Positions 17,414 through 27,776 of a stretch of 64,000 bases of DNA are shown piece by piece. The position numbers were made by a program, and so were the translations under genes. Origin of the DNA: an uncultured virus (IMG/VR IMGVR_UViG_3300047458_000106) (lineage: Duplodnaviria; Heunggongvirae; Uroviricota; Caudoviricetes); the IMG/VR virus record IMGVR_UViG_3300047458_000106, one strand, 5' to 3'. Every line of letters starts with the position of its first letter. Position 1 is the first letter of the stretch. The notes below the pieces were generated by a model, which saw nothing but the letters and a program-made list of their open reading frames with translations, was not told the DNA's origin and searched no databases.

Positions 17414-18971
17414 ATCCCCTACTTTTTTTTCTAGGATTTACTGCTGGTTCTGGTGGGCCACTCATTGCTAGTGTGTCACCACTTGTAGATGTATTAGTAT
17501 TTGTCGATGCATCTATTACTGTTGTGCCACCACCTCTAGATGCTTTTCTACTTGCCGCGGCCTGAATAGATTTTTGTCTTTCTTCTGGTGTTACTTTGTT
17601 TAAATCAGTTTCGTCTAAGTCTGCACCACCTGTACCACTTCCTCTATCTGCTCTTGTAACGTTACCACTTCCACCTGCCATGACTTCTTTATATTTTCTA
17701 GTAAATGCTTCGCCTGGTGATTCGCCACCTGGTAATATTGCACCTAAGGCCGCTAAACCACCCGCTATAACTGCCAGAAAAAATTTACCTACACCTGCAA
17801 TAATTTTTCCAATACCACCTAGACCTTTTTTAATTGTCTCTCCATCAAATGTAAATATACCTACTATGATATCTTTTATACCTGTTACAAAACCTGTGAT
17901 GCCATCAAATATAGTACTAAACAAACCAGCAAAAGAAAAACTATCTAACAGTTCTGCAAAATTTTCAAACCCAAGTTTACCTGCTATGAAAGATACACCT
18001 TTTTTCAATAAATCTAATGGCATACTAATTAATGCATTAAAGGCACCTTTTACAAATCCACCTAATCCTGCAATTAATTTATCTCCAATAGTTCCTTCTG
18101 TGTTTGTAAAATCTTTAATTGCCTGTGTGATACCACTAAAAAGACCAATAACTACTTGTAATGGTATTAATAACTTACTACCAATTAATGCAAAACCACG
18201 AAAAAAACTACCAATAGTACCAAAGAATTTTGATAAAACACCACCACCTTTTGCAACTTTACTAACAATACCAAAAACACTTCGTATAGTTTTATTTAAA
18301 TCAGCAAATGCTTTTATTATAAATCTAAAAGGTTTAAGGAGTGTGTTAAAAAAACTACCCATTCTACCAAAAAATCCTAACTTCGTAAACTGTCCGACAG
18401 AATTTCTTGCAACTTTTAAACTATTAAAACCTGCTTTAAATTGTTTTGTTATATTAGCAAAAGTGTTACTAATTGCTCTAAAAAATTTACCTACTTCTGG
18501 ATTCAATCGATTAAATTTTCCAACAAATGCTTTTGATAAGTTTCGTATTCCAGCAAGTGCTTTGTCAAGTCTAAATAATTTACCAATTGCTCCTGTAACT
18601 AATGCAATTTGACCTGCTATAGCACCAACTAAACCTGTTGCCAGACCAGCAATTGCACCAGCAATCATGGCAAAATAATTACCACCAAAATCTAGTGGTT
18701 CTATATCACTACCAGTTGCGGCACCCATTGCGCCTTCTTTCGTGACTTGACCTTGTTGTTCTCTAGATGCTTCTAACTTATCACTTTCTTTATCTCGTCT
18801 TTCTGCTTTAAAAAATTGCTTGAAAGTTTCAGTTAATTGGTCAACTGCCAATGCAGTATCAAGTTGCGCCGTAAGTGTTGCACCCGCAATTTCGTCTTGT
18901 TTTGCTAAGTCGGTAATAAATTTTGAGTTTTGTACTCTCAATTCTTGAATTTCGTCAGTTAAATCTGCCAT
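17412..18971 (-). CDS. Tape-measure-like / gp29-position baseplate hub protein
   Basis: Gly/Ala/Phe-rich amphipathic helical repeats; downstream of gp26/gp51. Confidence 0.6.
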   Translation of the reverse strand: MADLTDEIQELRVQNSKFITDLAKQDEIAGATLTAQLDTALAVDQLTETFKQFFKAERRDKESDKLEASREQQGQVTKEGAMGAATGSDIEPLDFGGNYFAMIAGAIAGLATGLVGAIAGQIALVTGAIGKLFRLDKALAGIRNLSKAFVGKFNRLNPEVGKFFRAISNTFANITKQFKAGFNSLKVARNSVGQFTKLGFFGRMGSFFNTLLKPFRFIIKAFADLNKTIRSVFGIVSKVAKGGGVLSKFFGTIGSFFRGFALIGSKLLIPLQVVIGLFSGITQAIKDFTNTEGTIGDKLIAGLGGFVKGAFNALISMPLDLLKKGVSFIAGKLGFENFAELLDSFSFAGLFSTIFDGITGFVTGIKDIIVGIFTFDGETIKKGLGGIGKIIAGVGKFFLAVIAGGLAALGAILPGGESPGEAFTRKYKEVMAGGSGNVTRADRGSGTGGADLDETDLNKVTPEERQKSIQAAASRKASRGGGTTVIDASTNTNTSTSGDTLAMSGPPEPAVNPRKKSRG

Positions 18972-18975
18972 ACTT

Positions 18976-19176
18976 CTATTTATACTTTGACTCTTCTTTT
19001 TTCTGTCTTTCTTCTTCTTTTTTTATCCAGTCTAATAATAATGTAATGTAAATTTCCCTTTCCCATGGTATCATATTTTCTAGTTCTGTCAAACTGTACT
19101 TATGATGTTGCATCATTGCAAAATTAGTCTGATAATAATTTGTCAGACTATCATGCGAAAGGTTTAGGAGAAAAAA
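18976..19176 (-). CDS. gp51: gp51 baseplate hub assembly chaperone; the frame opens at a slippery site, first ATG at 19116
   Basis: LSHDSLTNYYQTNFAMMQHHKYSLTELENMIPWEREIYITLL; absent from the ORF track. Confidence 0.85.
   Translation of the reverse strand, partial: FFLLNLSHDSLTNYYQTNFAMMQHHKYSLTELENMIPWEREIYITLLLDWIKKEEERQKKEESKYK
18977..18984 (-). promoter_or_regulatory. Late promoter 5 nt upstream of the ATG
   Basis: TATAAATA-GAAGT-ATG. Confidence 0.75.
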
Positions 19177-19877
19177 TCAGAAATACCTTTAAGTTTTCTG
19201 TTGTTTTCATGCCCACAGTTAGAACAAGTAAAGTTAACAGTATCTTCTAATTGTGGCATATTTTGTACATAGTCTGCAATAGATTGAAATTGTTGAGAAC
19301 TCATTGACTCAATAAATTCACTTAACTCTTTTACTGAGACTTCATCTGCACTAATTCTAGTTTCTCCATTAATTACTGCATCAATACAATTATTAATTAC
19401 CATATAACTAAACTCAGTTTCAGTTTGGTCTTTACCATAGTTTTTGATAAATGCCTCAAAAGATGGATACTTTAATTCTACAGAGATATTATCTGTTAAT
19501 TCAATAACATTGTTTATCTCTGGAACTTCAACTTTAAGTTCTGCTAAATTAATTGTTTGCTCATTATTTGTTCCACACTCAGAACATGCAACATTAATTT
19601 TAGTTGTTTCACCTACAGATTTACTACGTATTTGTGTAAACATATATTCTACATCAAATGAAGTAAATGTTTTAGGATTTAGTTTTTCGTTAACACATGC
19701 AATAATTGTATCTACCATTGCCTGCATCGCCTGTTTTTCATCTTGAGACTCAAATGCAAGAAGAAGTATTTTTTCTTCTTTCACTAAGTAAGGACGATAA
19801 CTCACTTTTTGCCCCGATGACGGAATTGTCAACTCGTGAGTTGGGGTTGCATTTAATTTTGGTAATGCTCCACTCAT
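19164..19877 (-). CDS. gp26: Baseplate hub assembly protein gp26
   Basis: ALPKL, YRPYLVKEEKILL, FDVEYMFTQIRSKSVGE, two CxxC, C-terminal DFFS. Confidence 0.9.
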   Translation of the reverse strand: MSGALPKLNATPTHELTIPSSGQKVSYRPYLVKEEKILLLAFESQDEKQAMQAMVDTIIACVNEKLNPKTFTSFDVEYMFTQIRSKSVGETTKINVACSECGTNNEQTINLAELKVEVPEINNVIELTDNISVELKYPSFEAFIKNYGKDQTETEFSYMVINNCIDAVINGETRISADEVSVKELSEFIESMSSQQFQSIADYVQNMPQLEDTVNFTCSNCGHENNRKLKGISDFFS

Positions 19878-19891
19878 AATATTCTCCTATA

Positions 19892-20677
19892 TTATAATCT
19901 ATCTATAAGTGTACTTGTAAACCCACCAAGCATTTTATCTTTGAGTTTATCTTTCACTTTTTCACCGACAACATCAATTGCTTTATCGATAATTCTATCT
20001 TTCAAATTACCTTCAACTATTCTAAAGTTTTTGTATGATAATTGAACGTTCACTTCTAATAAACCATCTAGTTCATTATTCATTTCGAAACTATTTATAG
20101 TAGTAGGATATGCTTTGTCTAGTCGACAAGAATATGTCACACCTTCTGCCATATACCTCAAACCTGTATCACCTAATAAACCTAAATCAAAAGTACCATT
20201 TGCTAAGTCAAGTGGACCGATTGGCGGTATTATATCTTTTAGTGCATCTGGTAGTTTATTGTCAAATAACTTTTTAGGTTGTAACAGTGGATTTTCTGCA
20301 CCTTTTTTAAGTGCTTGAATGATTACTGGATATGTATAATCATTTAAATAACCGACTTCTTGTTCTTCTTGATTGACTGCTTTTGATTGCCAAGCATGAA
20401 AGTAATCTATGATTCTCATGTCATTTAAACAATAAAAAGTTAAAGTCACGTCATCACTAGCATAACCATTTGCAACTTTCATGGTTGACATACCCATAAA
20501 TCTTTCTGTTGATAGTATTTGCCTACCTGGTATTTGTGCGGCCTTACAGAGAATATCCATGTCTTGTGTTCTTACACCAATAATTGGTGGCAAAAAGACA
20601 CGATAAAGGTTGGCCATCGCAAGACCGCCACCTTCTGTTATTCTACTCTTGAACGTATCTATCATGTTAGTTGTCAT
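19892..20677 (-). CDS. gp54: Tail tube initiator (gp54/gp19-fold)
   Basis: GGLAMANLY, LCKAAQIPG, AYPTTI; synteny. Confidence 0.65.
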   Translation of the reverse strand: MTTNMIDTFKSRITEGGGLAMANLYRVFLPPIIGVRTQDMDILCKAAQIPGRQILSTERFMGMSTMKVANGYASDDVTLTFYCLNDMRIIDYFHAWQSKAVNQEEQEVGYLNDYTYPVIIQALKKGAENPLLQPKKLFDNKLPDALKDIIPPIGPLDLANGTFDLGLLGDTGLRYMAEGVTYSCRLDKAYPTTINSFEMNNELDGLLEVNVQLSYKNFRIVEGNLKDRIIDKAIDVVGEKVKDKLKDKMLGGFTSTLIDRL

Positions 20678-21255
20678 AGCATTTTCCTACTGTCTGCATA
20701 TATTTTTTGTTTTGTTGCTTTTTCAAATTGTGCAAGTGGTAAAAACGTAGCAATCTCCCATTCTGGTGCCTTGACTTCTGCGAATTTAGTTGCAACTTTT
20801 TCACTTAAATAATGTTTAATACATGGTTCGTAATACTTTAGTTTGCTTGTACTTGCTAATAATCTTACTGTTAAGTCAAACTTTGCATTATCACTTTTCT
20901 TACTTGTAACGTTGTCCATCAATGCATCAAGAAACTTTGCACGAAGTATTGGTGGTAAGTAATGTAAATTCAAACCTAGAAACCCACCTTTTGCAGGTTT
21001 TACAATGATTGCTAAAGGAAATCTATCGTAATATGGTAAAGTATCTTTGTGTTTTGGGTCATAACCAAACATTTGCATTGACCCAATAATTCTTCTACCA
21101 CTTCTACTGAGTGGTTCTTCTTTCATGAGTTCTTCTCTATTAATACCTCGCATAGTTTTTGCTTTGTTCATAAACCATGCTCTACTCTCGTCTGTTCTTG
21201 GAGTAATTTGATTACGAAATGCCGCAAGTTCTAGTTTCTGAAAGATATTTGACAT
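20674..21255 (-). CDS. gp2: DNA end protector gp2
   Basis: YDPKHKDTLPYYDRFPL, GLNLHYLP, CIKHYL. Confidence 0.92.
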   Translation of the reverse strand: MSNIFQKLELAAFRNQITPRTDESRAWFMNKAKTMRGINREELMKEEPLSRSGRRIIGSMQMFGYDPKHKDTLPYYDRFPLAIIVKPAKGGFLGLNLHYLPPILRAKFLDALMDNVTSKKSDNAKFDLTVRLLASTSKLKYYEPCIKHYLSEKVATKFAEVKAPEWEIATFLPLAQFEKATKQKIYADSRKML

Positions 21256-21260
21256 ACTTC

Positions 21261-21268
21261 TATTTATA
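21261..21268 (-). promoter_or_regulatory. Late promoter 5 nt upstream of the gp2 ATG
   Basis: TATAAATA-GAAGT-ATG; 18 nt identical to the site at 18969-18986. Confidence 0.75.
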
Positions 21269-21269
21269 C

Positions 21270-21749
21270 TTATTTCTTACGTCCTGTAAAAGGTTTTAAA
21301 GGTTTTGTAGATTTAGGCAGAATACCCATAGAATTAAGTGTCTTTTCTGTCCAGACTTGAAACTCATAACCATTGTCTTTTGCATATTCATCTGCCGCTT
21401 CCCACTTATTCATGTTTTTCACATATGTCGTTGCTTCGGTAATATATCGTCTAGTTCTTCTATTACCTGTAGGTGGTTTAGTTTCTTTCTCTGGTTTTAT
21501 CTCAACAAGTATTGTTTTACCTTCTTTAAATGTTATTTTCAAATCAAGATAATACTTATGATATCTTTTGTCTATCTCATAGTAATATGGAACAACAGTT
21601 TCTTCTGAACTCCAGTACTGGACTTTAGGGTTTTCATCACACCACCGAAAGCAATGCCTTTCCCACAAAGACCTATAGATGACACTCTCATAGTCACCTT
21701 TATACTTTTTTGTATTTTTTACTCGATATCTTCCTTTGTATGTCTTCAT
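21270..21749 (-). CDS. gp4: Head completion protein gp4 (TnsA-like nuclease fold)
   Basis: KYKGD, YRSLWE, WSSEE, VEIKP, NMNKWEAA. Confidence 0.93.
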   Translation of the reverse strand: MKTYKGRYRVKNTKKYKGDYESVIYRSLWERHCFRWCDENPKVQYWSSEETVVPYYYEIDKRYHKYYLDLKITFKEGKTILVEIKPEKETKPPTGNRRTRRYITEATTYVKNMNKWEAADEYAKDNGYEFQVWTEKTLNSMGILPKSTKPLKPFTGRKK

Positions 21750-21754
21750 TTCAG

Positions 21755-21762
21755 TATAAATA
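21755..21762 (+). promoter_or_regulatory. Late promoter of the baseplate operon
   Basis: TATAAATA; a divergent ATAAATA variant near 21778-21785 probably serves gp4. Confidence 0.75.
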
Positions 21763-21794
21763 GAACTATAATAAACTATTTATTAGAGTAACAT

Positions 21795-22808
21795 ATGGCA
21801 GATTTCGGTAAAACATTGGTAAATTTTGGAAAAGAAGTTCTTTTCGATTCACTTCCAGAAGCAGTACCAGTTCTAAAAGGTAGAAAAGATTTAGAATATC
21901 CACTTAATAACCCAGACGATTACAAAGGTAGACTCATGTTTAGTATCTTCGAAGAAGAACCTTTAGACATGGCCGCACTTGTAGGTTTATCTGGCATATT
22001 CGCTAAAGATTCAGATACAAGTGAAATTACAAATGATGGAGAACAAACAGAAGAGTTTAAGGGTGAAGGTGTAGCATATCAAACTAAAGAAGGTTCTGGT
22101 TCTAAATTATCGCAAATAGATAAATCAGTAAAACTCTTTACACCTGTTGCATTGCAGTTTAGAGATAACGTTGCATATGATAACGCAGATTTAGGTTTTG
22201 GTGGTGGTATAGGTGAGGCCGCAGGTAAAAGTGGTAAAAATATTTTAAGTTCACTTCTTGGTGGTGTAGGGTCAACACTTTCTGCTGGTCTTCAAGGTAA
22301 TGCTGGTGGTGATTTAGGTAAACTTGCAATGACACAAGTGAGTGTAGCAAAAGTGGCAGGTGAAGGTGCCAATCTAGCAGTAAAACAGGCCGCTGGTGTA
22401 ACAATGAATCCAAATACTCGTGCATTATTTAAGTCAGTAGCACTTCGAGAGTTTGCATTTACATTTAAATTTATTGCAACATCTGAACGAGAAGCAGACG
22501 AAATAGATGAAATCATTAAGTTTTTTAGAACAGAATTATATCCAGAAGATATTCTTGTTGATATTGGTGGTGTCGATGCATCTATTGGTTATCGTTTTCC
22601 AAACAAATTCAATATAGCAGTAGTATATGATGGCAAAGAAATAGCAACAAAGATTCAACCTTGTTTTCTTCGTGACATTAGTATTGTATATAATCCAACA
22701 AACTCAGCAATGCATAGTGGTGGTAAATTTACTGAAATAGATATGACTTTAGCATTTACTGAAACATCGACATTGAGTAGAAAGAAAGTTGAAGAAGAAG
22801 GTTATTAA
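21795..22808 (+). CDS. gp48: Baseplate tail-tube cap gp48
   Basis: NPNTRALFKSVALREFAFTFKF, IIKFFRTELYP, FTE. Confidence 0.8.
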   Translation: MADFGKTLVNFGKEVLFDSLPEAVPVLKGRKDLEYPLNNPDDYKGRLMFSIFEEEPLDMAALVGLSGIFAKDSDTSEITNDGEQTEEFKGEGVAYQTKEGSGSKLSQIDKSVKLFTPVALQFRDNVAYDNADLGFGGGIGEAAGKSGKNILSSLLGGVGSTLSAGLQGNAGGDLGKLAMTQVSVAKVAGEGANLAVKQAAGVTMNPNTRALFKSVALREFAFTFKFIATSEREADEIDEIIKFFRTELYPEDILVDIGGVDASIGYRFPNKFNIAVVYDGKEIATKIQPCFLRDISIVYNPTNSAMHSGGKFTEIDMTLAFTETSTLSRKKVEEEGY

Positions 22809-22810
22809 AC

Positions 22811-23587
22811 ATGACAACAAAATATTTTAAAAACTTTGAATCATTAGCATATAGATTTGGAAATTTAGAAGACCCAGTACTGTTTAATAATCTAACTCAA
22901 TATGTAGATTTAATTGATGAAATAAAATCAAACGTAGCATTTTTAAACAAATACACAATACTTTCTGGTGATAGAGCAGACTCATTATCACACAAGTTAT
23001 ATGGCACGACAGATTATTATTGGACATTTTATTTGATGAATGACCACTTAAGACTTAGTGGTTGGCCAGTAGACACAGGTGATTTATTAGCAACCGCGGC
23101 ATCAAAGTATCCAAACAGATTTATCACGTTTACTAATAGAACTACAATTGGTGGTGCAAATGAGGATATTGCAGTAACATTTCCTGTTGGACAATCTGTT
23201 ACTGGTGCATCATCGACAACTGTTGGAACAATTGTAAAAAGAAATTTAGATTTAGGACAATTGTTTATAAAGATTACAAGTGGGACCAAGTTTTCTGTTG
23301 GTGAACAATTGCAGTTTACTAACACAAGTGGCGATGTAATTTCTCTTGTAATAGTAAGTGAAGGTGAACAATACAATGCAGTACATCATTATAAAAATAC
23401 AGATGGTAAACAAGTTGATATTGACCCTTATCCAGAATCTGGAACAGTAAATACATCTGGTTTAATACCTGTTACTTATCGTGATAGACTTGAAAGTAGA
23501 AACGATGAACTAAAAACAATTATTGTTATTAGACCAGACAGTATAGACAAAGTAGTATCAGATTTTAATAAAGCATTGAAGTCATAA
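22811..23587 (+). CDS. gp53: Baseplate wedge gp53
   Basis: YFKNF, GDRADSLSHKLYGTTDYYW, HHY, NDELKTI. Confidence 0.85.
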   Translation: MTTKYFKNFESLAYRFGNLEDPVLFNNLTQYVDLIDEIKSNVAFLNKYTILSGDRADSLSHKLYGTTDYYWTFYLMNDHLRLSGWPVDTGDLLATAASKYPNRFITFTNRTTIGGANEDIAVTFPVGQSVTGASSTTVGTIVKRNLDLGQLFIKITSGTKFSVGEQLQFTNTSGDVISLVIVSEGEQYNAVHHYKNTDGKQVDIDPYPESGTVNTSGLIPVTYRDRLESRNDELKTIIVIRPDSIDKVVSDFNKALKS

Positions 23588-23588
23588 C

Positions 23589-24950
23589 ATGGCAAACTCA
23601 AAGAGTCAACAATTTAAGTTAACTAAGGCGCATATTACGGCAGATAGATTTGGTGGTTTTGAGAATAAATTTTTTGATGTTAAAAATCAAGTTGCAGAAA
23701 TAAACATCTACGAAAGTATTGAAGAACCATCTTTATCTGGTACGATTGCGATTGTAGATGATAAGTCTTTGTATGAATTAATTAATTTTAATGGTACAGA
23801 ACGTATTAGATTAGAAATGGCAGGACTAGGTAAAGAAACTGACCCTGTGTTTGAAAAGACTTTCATCATGACAAATATAGTCAGACAACTAAAAGGTAAT
23901 GATAAGTCTAGTATATATGTGTTTGATATTATCGATGAACATGGTTTTATTTCATCGGCACAAAGACTTCGTAGTGCTTATCGTGGACGTATTGATGATA
24001 TTGTCAAAGGAATTTGTTTGACACGATTAAATAAAAGTGTTGATATCTCATATCAACTTTTGTTTGGATTTAGAAGTAAAAAAGTTGATGCGATTCAAGA
24101 TGATATACGTGTAATTATACCTAATCTTTCACCTATAAATGCAATTAAATGGTTATTGTCAAGAGCAACAACACAGACAGGTTCTCCTTTTTATTTATGG
24201 GCAACAATACATGATGAAAATTTAAGAATGGGTAATCTAGATGTTATGTATCGTCAAGTGCCATTTAATGATAAATTACCTTATACTTATAATCCATCAA
24301 ACGTAAACGTTGCAGAAGATAAAAGTGAATTCGAACAAGGATTTACTATTAAAGCATTAGGTTTAGGTGAAATGGGTGATACTCTTCATATGGTAACAAA
24401 TGGAACTGTCGGCGCATCACAAGGTATAACTAATTTAAATACTGGTCAAATAACACAACAACACTATGACGTACAAAGAACAATTGATAATTTAGACAAA
24501 CAAGATATAATTATAAGAAGAAATCAAAATGTTTTTGATAATAAATTAAAATTAAAAGATAAATTTATTGGTGATTATGAAGCACAACATATTCATCAAG
24601 TAGTTTCTACAGGAACTTACGGTAAGTTTAAATCATATCACGATGAATTTGAAGAAGCAAAACATCTTAAAAAATTAGAGTCTAATTCAATTAGAGATTT
24701 ACTAGTTAAAAACATGATGTCTATTACAGTTCCTGGTACTGCATTCTTTCTTGGTAAAGCGGCAGTAGGCGATACAGTAAATTTAAATGTTGTCAATGAT
24801 AATTTAGAAGTTGGTAAACAATCAAATGCAGATGATATGCTTGATAAAAATAAATCTGGTAAGCATTTAATTTATGACTTACGACACACATTTAGAGGCA
24901 CACAACATGACGTTACAATGAACGTTTGTAAATTAGAAAGAGAACCATGA
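23589..24950 (+). CDS. Baseplate hub protein (gp27-like)
   Basis: INIYESI...SGTIAIVD; VPG...VGD...SGKHLIYDLRHTF; synteny. Confidence 0.65.
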   Translation: MANSKSQQFKLTKAHITADRFGGFENKFFDVKNQVAEINIYESIEEPSLSGTIAIVDDKSLYELINFNGTERIRLEMAGLGKETDPVFEKTFIMTNIVRQLKGNDKSSIYVFDIIDEHGFISSAQRLRSAYRGRIDDIVKGICLTRLNKSVDISYQLLFGFRSKKVDAIQDDIRVIIPNLSPINAIKWLLSRATTQTGSPFYLWATIHDENLRMGNLDVMYRQVPFNDKLPYTYNPSNVNVAEDKSEFEQGFTIKALGLGEMGDTLHMVTNGTVGASQGITNLNTGQITQQHYDVQRTIDNLDKQDIIIRRNQNVFDNKLKLKDKFIGDYEAQHIHQVVSTGTYGKFKSYHDEFEEAKHLKKLESNSIRDLLVKNMMSITVPGTAFFLGKAAVGDTVNLNVVNDNLEVGKQSNADDMLDKNKSGKHLIYDLRHTFRGTQHDVTMNVCKLEREP

Positions 24951-25831
24951 ACGAGAAATTTTTAAATCCAGTGCCTTATGAATATTATGGAGATAATGTT
25001 CGTTGGTTTATTGCGACAGTTATTGATGCATCACCACCATTTGGATTTGAAGGTCGTGTAAAGATAAGAATTCATGGTTTACACTCAGACGAAATATACG
25101 AATTGCCACAACAAGACTTACCCTGGGCGCAATGTGTTCTTCCAACAACAGAAGGTGGTATTTCTGGTATAGGTAAATCACCAAAGTTGCAACCAAATTC
25201 ATTAGTCTTTGGTTTTTTTATGGATGGTAATCACTCACAAACTCCAATTGTTTTAGGTTCTTTGCCACATTTAGAGTTTGCGACATTAACTCAAAACAAT
25301 CAAAGATTAGAAGACATTGGTGATGACAGTAAACCAGAAGGTTTGTTTTCGATACTGTCAAACATAGTTACACCAATAGATAAAGGCATAGAAAATGATA
25401 ATACACAAAGTAATCCACGAAAGTTTTCTAAAACAACCAGAGATAAAAGAGTAAAACACTCAGTACAATTTTTATTAAATTTAGGTTATACAGAAAATCA
25501 AGCAATTGCAATTACTTCTGGTTTATTTATTTCATCTAGAATGGTCACTGGTAAAACTGGACTTGCAGATTTTTCTAAACAAAGATTTTCAAACTTAATT
25601 GCATTTAGTTCGGCATTTAAAAAGTTTACAACACAATTAGAGTTTGTTGTTTTTGAACTAAGAGGTGAAAAACAAAATGCTAATATAAAAATATTACAAA
25701 CTGACAGTTTAGAAGGTAAAAATTCTTTACCAGAAATTGTGACTAAATACTATTTAGAAAACAATGCATCTGGTTTTAAAGATGAAGTAGAAGCAAAGGC
25801 ACTAGAAATCAAGGAGAGTATTGGTGGGTAG
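24947..25831 (+). CDS. gp5 N-terminal OB-fold plus a degenerate tail-lysozyme-like domain
   Basis: GRVKIRIHGLH, LPWAQ, VFGFFMDG...QTPIVLG; C-terminal QLEFVVFEL. Confidence 0.8.
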   Translation: MNEKFLNPVPYEYYGDNVRWFIATVIDASPPFGFEGRVKIRIHGLHSDEIYELPQQDLPWAQCVLPTTEGGISGIGKSPKLQPNSLVFGFFMDGNHSQTPIVLGSLPHLEFATLTQNNQRLEDIGDDSKPEGLFSILSNIVTPIDKGIENDNTQSNPRKFSKTTRDKRVKHSVQFLLNLGYTENQAIAITSGLFISSRMVTGKTGLADFSKQRFSNLIAFSSAFKKFTTQLEFVVFELRGEKQNANIKILQTDSLEGKNSLPEIVTKYYLENNASGFKDEVEAKALEIKESIGG

Positions 25832-27776
25832 AGAAATTAAATCACGAATTAATTCTCAATTAAAAAGATTAAAAAGAGAAGATATAGAGCAAGAGTACAT
25901 TAAAGTAAACTTGCCAAAAGCAAGTGACCAACTTCGTGCTAAATTAGATACAACTATTGGTAGAGATTTAACAGAAATTGGTGGTATAAAACCTTTAGAT
26001 ATAGTACAAAATGCAAAAGGTGATGTCATACAAGGTGAAGGCGTTGCTCTTATTACTGAAAACTTACCTAGTATTACTGGCATTAATGACCCTGGAACAA
26101 TCACATTGCCATATTCTGCTGGTAGTTTGACAACTAATTTTGGTGGTTCTGATTCTGGTTTTAATTCATCGTTTAATGTTAGTGCAACGAAAACTGGTGG
26201 AACAACTGCTCAACCTATTTCTACAATATTAGGTGACATAACAGGTGCTCCTGCTTTAAAATTATCTCTACCTAAACTTAATTTAAATATTGCAGGTGGT
26301 GGTAGTCCAACAAGTATAGCAGAAGGTATTGATGGTGCAGTTGCAAAAGCAAGTGCTAAAGCATCATCAATTGCAGATGCTGCCAGTGGTATTGCATCTT
26401 CTCAAGAACTAAGTGAAATAGCAAGTGTTACTCAAAATCTTGATGCTGGTACTGCGGTAGAGGCAGTAACTAAATTAATATCTGGCATACCTGATTTAAA
26501 AACTACAACTAATCCAGAAGACGTTTTGGGTAACGTTCAAAATCAAACAGGTGTAGAGGCACTTCAAGCAAAGGCAAAAGTTACTAAACTTAAACTTGCA
26601 TCTTTTCCTAGTGTTGCAGGTTTTGTTGGTAAAATTAAAGACTTAGCAGGAGATATAGGTGAACTTGTTGATAAAGCAACAGATGCCATAGCAACTGTAA
26701 TAGCAACAATTGCCACAGGTTTAGATGGTGTATTACAAAACATTACAGAAAAAATAACATTAAACACAGAAAATAAAGTAAAAGGTATTACTGGTGGTGC
26801 AGTAGAAAGTGCAGTATTAAAAGATATTACAGAAGACGTAGCAAAGAAAACACCAGAAGGTGATGCAAATGCAATTAAGTCAATACTTGGAAATGCAGAT
26901 ATTGGTGGTTTTATGAAAGGTATTGTAGACAAAGTAAAATCTTTTACAAGTCCTTTAGACTTTAAAAACAAAGTAAAAGACGAAGCAGAAAAATCAGGTA
27001 TATCAAAAGATGAAATAGAAAATACAACAAACACAATTGATAGAGCAGATAAAGAAATAAAATCATTAAACACAACAATTGCTGGTCAAATGATACTAGA
27101 TGAACAATTTTATTCATTACCAAAACCCATTGGTGAAGAGATTACAAAGTGGTCAGGTAGAAACAGTGGAGATGAAGTGTTTACTTTCGTATCTTCTGTT
27201 GAAGAATTAAATTCAGAAATACACGCAATTACAAGACCACTATCAGAAGTGGTAATTCATGCGACTGAAACTGCAACTGATAAAGACATAGGCGCAATAG
27301 AAATAAATAATATACAATCAAAATTAGGACATGATGGTATTGGTTATCATTATGTTATACGAAGAGACGGAAGATTGCAAAGAGGTAGACCACCAGATAG
27401 AGTTGGTGACCATACGTCTGCAAATGGTCATAATAATCATTCTCTTGGTATTGTACTTGTTGGTGGTATAAATGTTGCTACTGGTGATGTAGATGCACTT
27501 GGTAATAGGTCATCATCTTCATTTACAAGAGAACAGTATACAACACTTGAAAGATTTTTAGAAGCATTTTACATTAAATATCCAGGTGGTAATGTTTTCG
27601 GGCACAACGACTTAGATGCAGAAGAAACAGACCCTTACTTTGACGTGCAAGAATATGTCGAGACAGTATTTAGAAAACAATTAAATGGTATAGGAGACCC
27701 ACTAAACGAAGGACCAGTTGACCCAACAAAAGACCTTCTTAATATAGTATTAAAAATATTACAGGTACCAAAATGA
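25821..27776 (+). CDS. Baseplate protein with a C-terminal N-acetylmuramoyl-L-alanine amidase (Amidase_2)
   Basis: VVIHAT, GIGYHYVIRRDG, GIVLVGG, FGHND; long helical Ala/Thr/Ile-rich N-terminus. Confidence 0.8.
   Translation: MVGREIKSRINSQLKRLKREDIEQEYIKVNLPKASDQLRAKLDTTIGRDLTEIGGIKPLDIVQNAKGDVIQGEGVALITENLPSITGINDPGTITLPYSAGSLTTNFGGSDSGFNSSFNVSATKTGGTTAQPISTILGDITGAPALKLSLPKLNLNIAGGGSPTSIAEGIDGAVAKASAKASSIADAASGIASSQELSEIASVTQNLDAGTAVEAVTKLISGIPDLKTTTNPEDVLGNVQNQTGVEALQAKAKVTKLKLASFPSVAGFVGKIKDLAGDIGELVDKATDAIATVIATIATGLDGVLQNITEKITLNTENKVKGITGGAVESAVLKDITEDVAKKTPEGDANAIKSILGNADIGGFMKGIVDKVKSFTSPLDFKNKVKDEAEKSGISKDEIENTTNTIDRADKEIKSLNTTIAGQMILDEQFYSLPKPIGEEITKWSGRNSGDEVFTFVSSVEELNSEIHAITRPLSEVVIHATETATDKDIGAIEINNIQSKLGHDGIGYHYVIRRDGRLQRGRPPDRVGDHTSANGHNNHSLGIVLVGGINVATGDVDALGNRSSSSFTREQYTTLERFLEAFYIKYPGGNVFGHNDLDAEETDPYFDVQEYVETVFRKQLNGIGDPLNEGPVDPTKDLLNIVLKILQVPK

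Noticed and set aside
17596..18612. 338-aa plus-strand ORF
   Set aside because: Antisense shadow of the Gly/Phe-rich tape measure-like gene; no RBS and downstream of the gp32 terminator
12802..20099. TATAAATA matches at 12802, 15699 and 20092
   Set aside because: They lie inside coding sequence or overlap a start codon in AT-rich DNA, so they are likely chance matches
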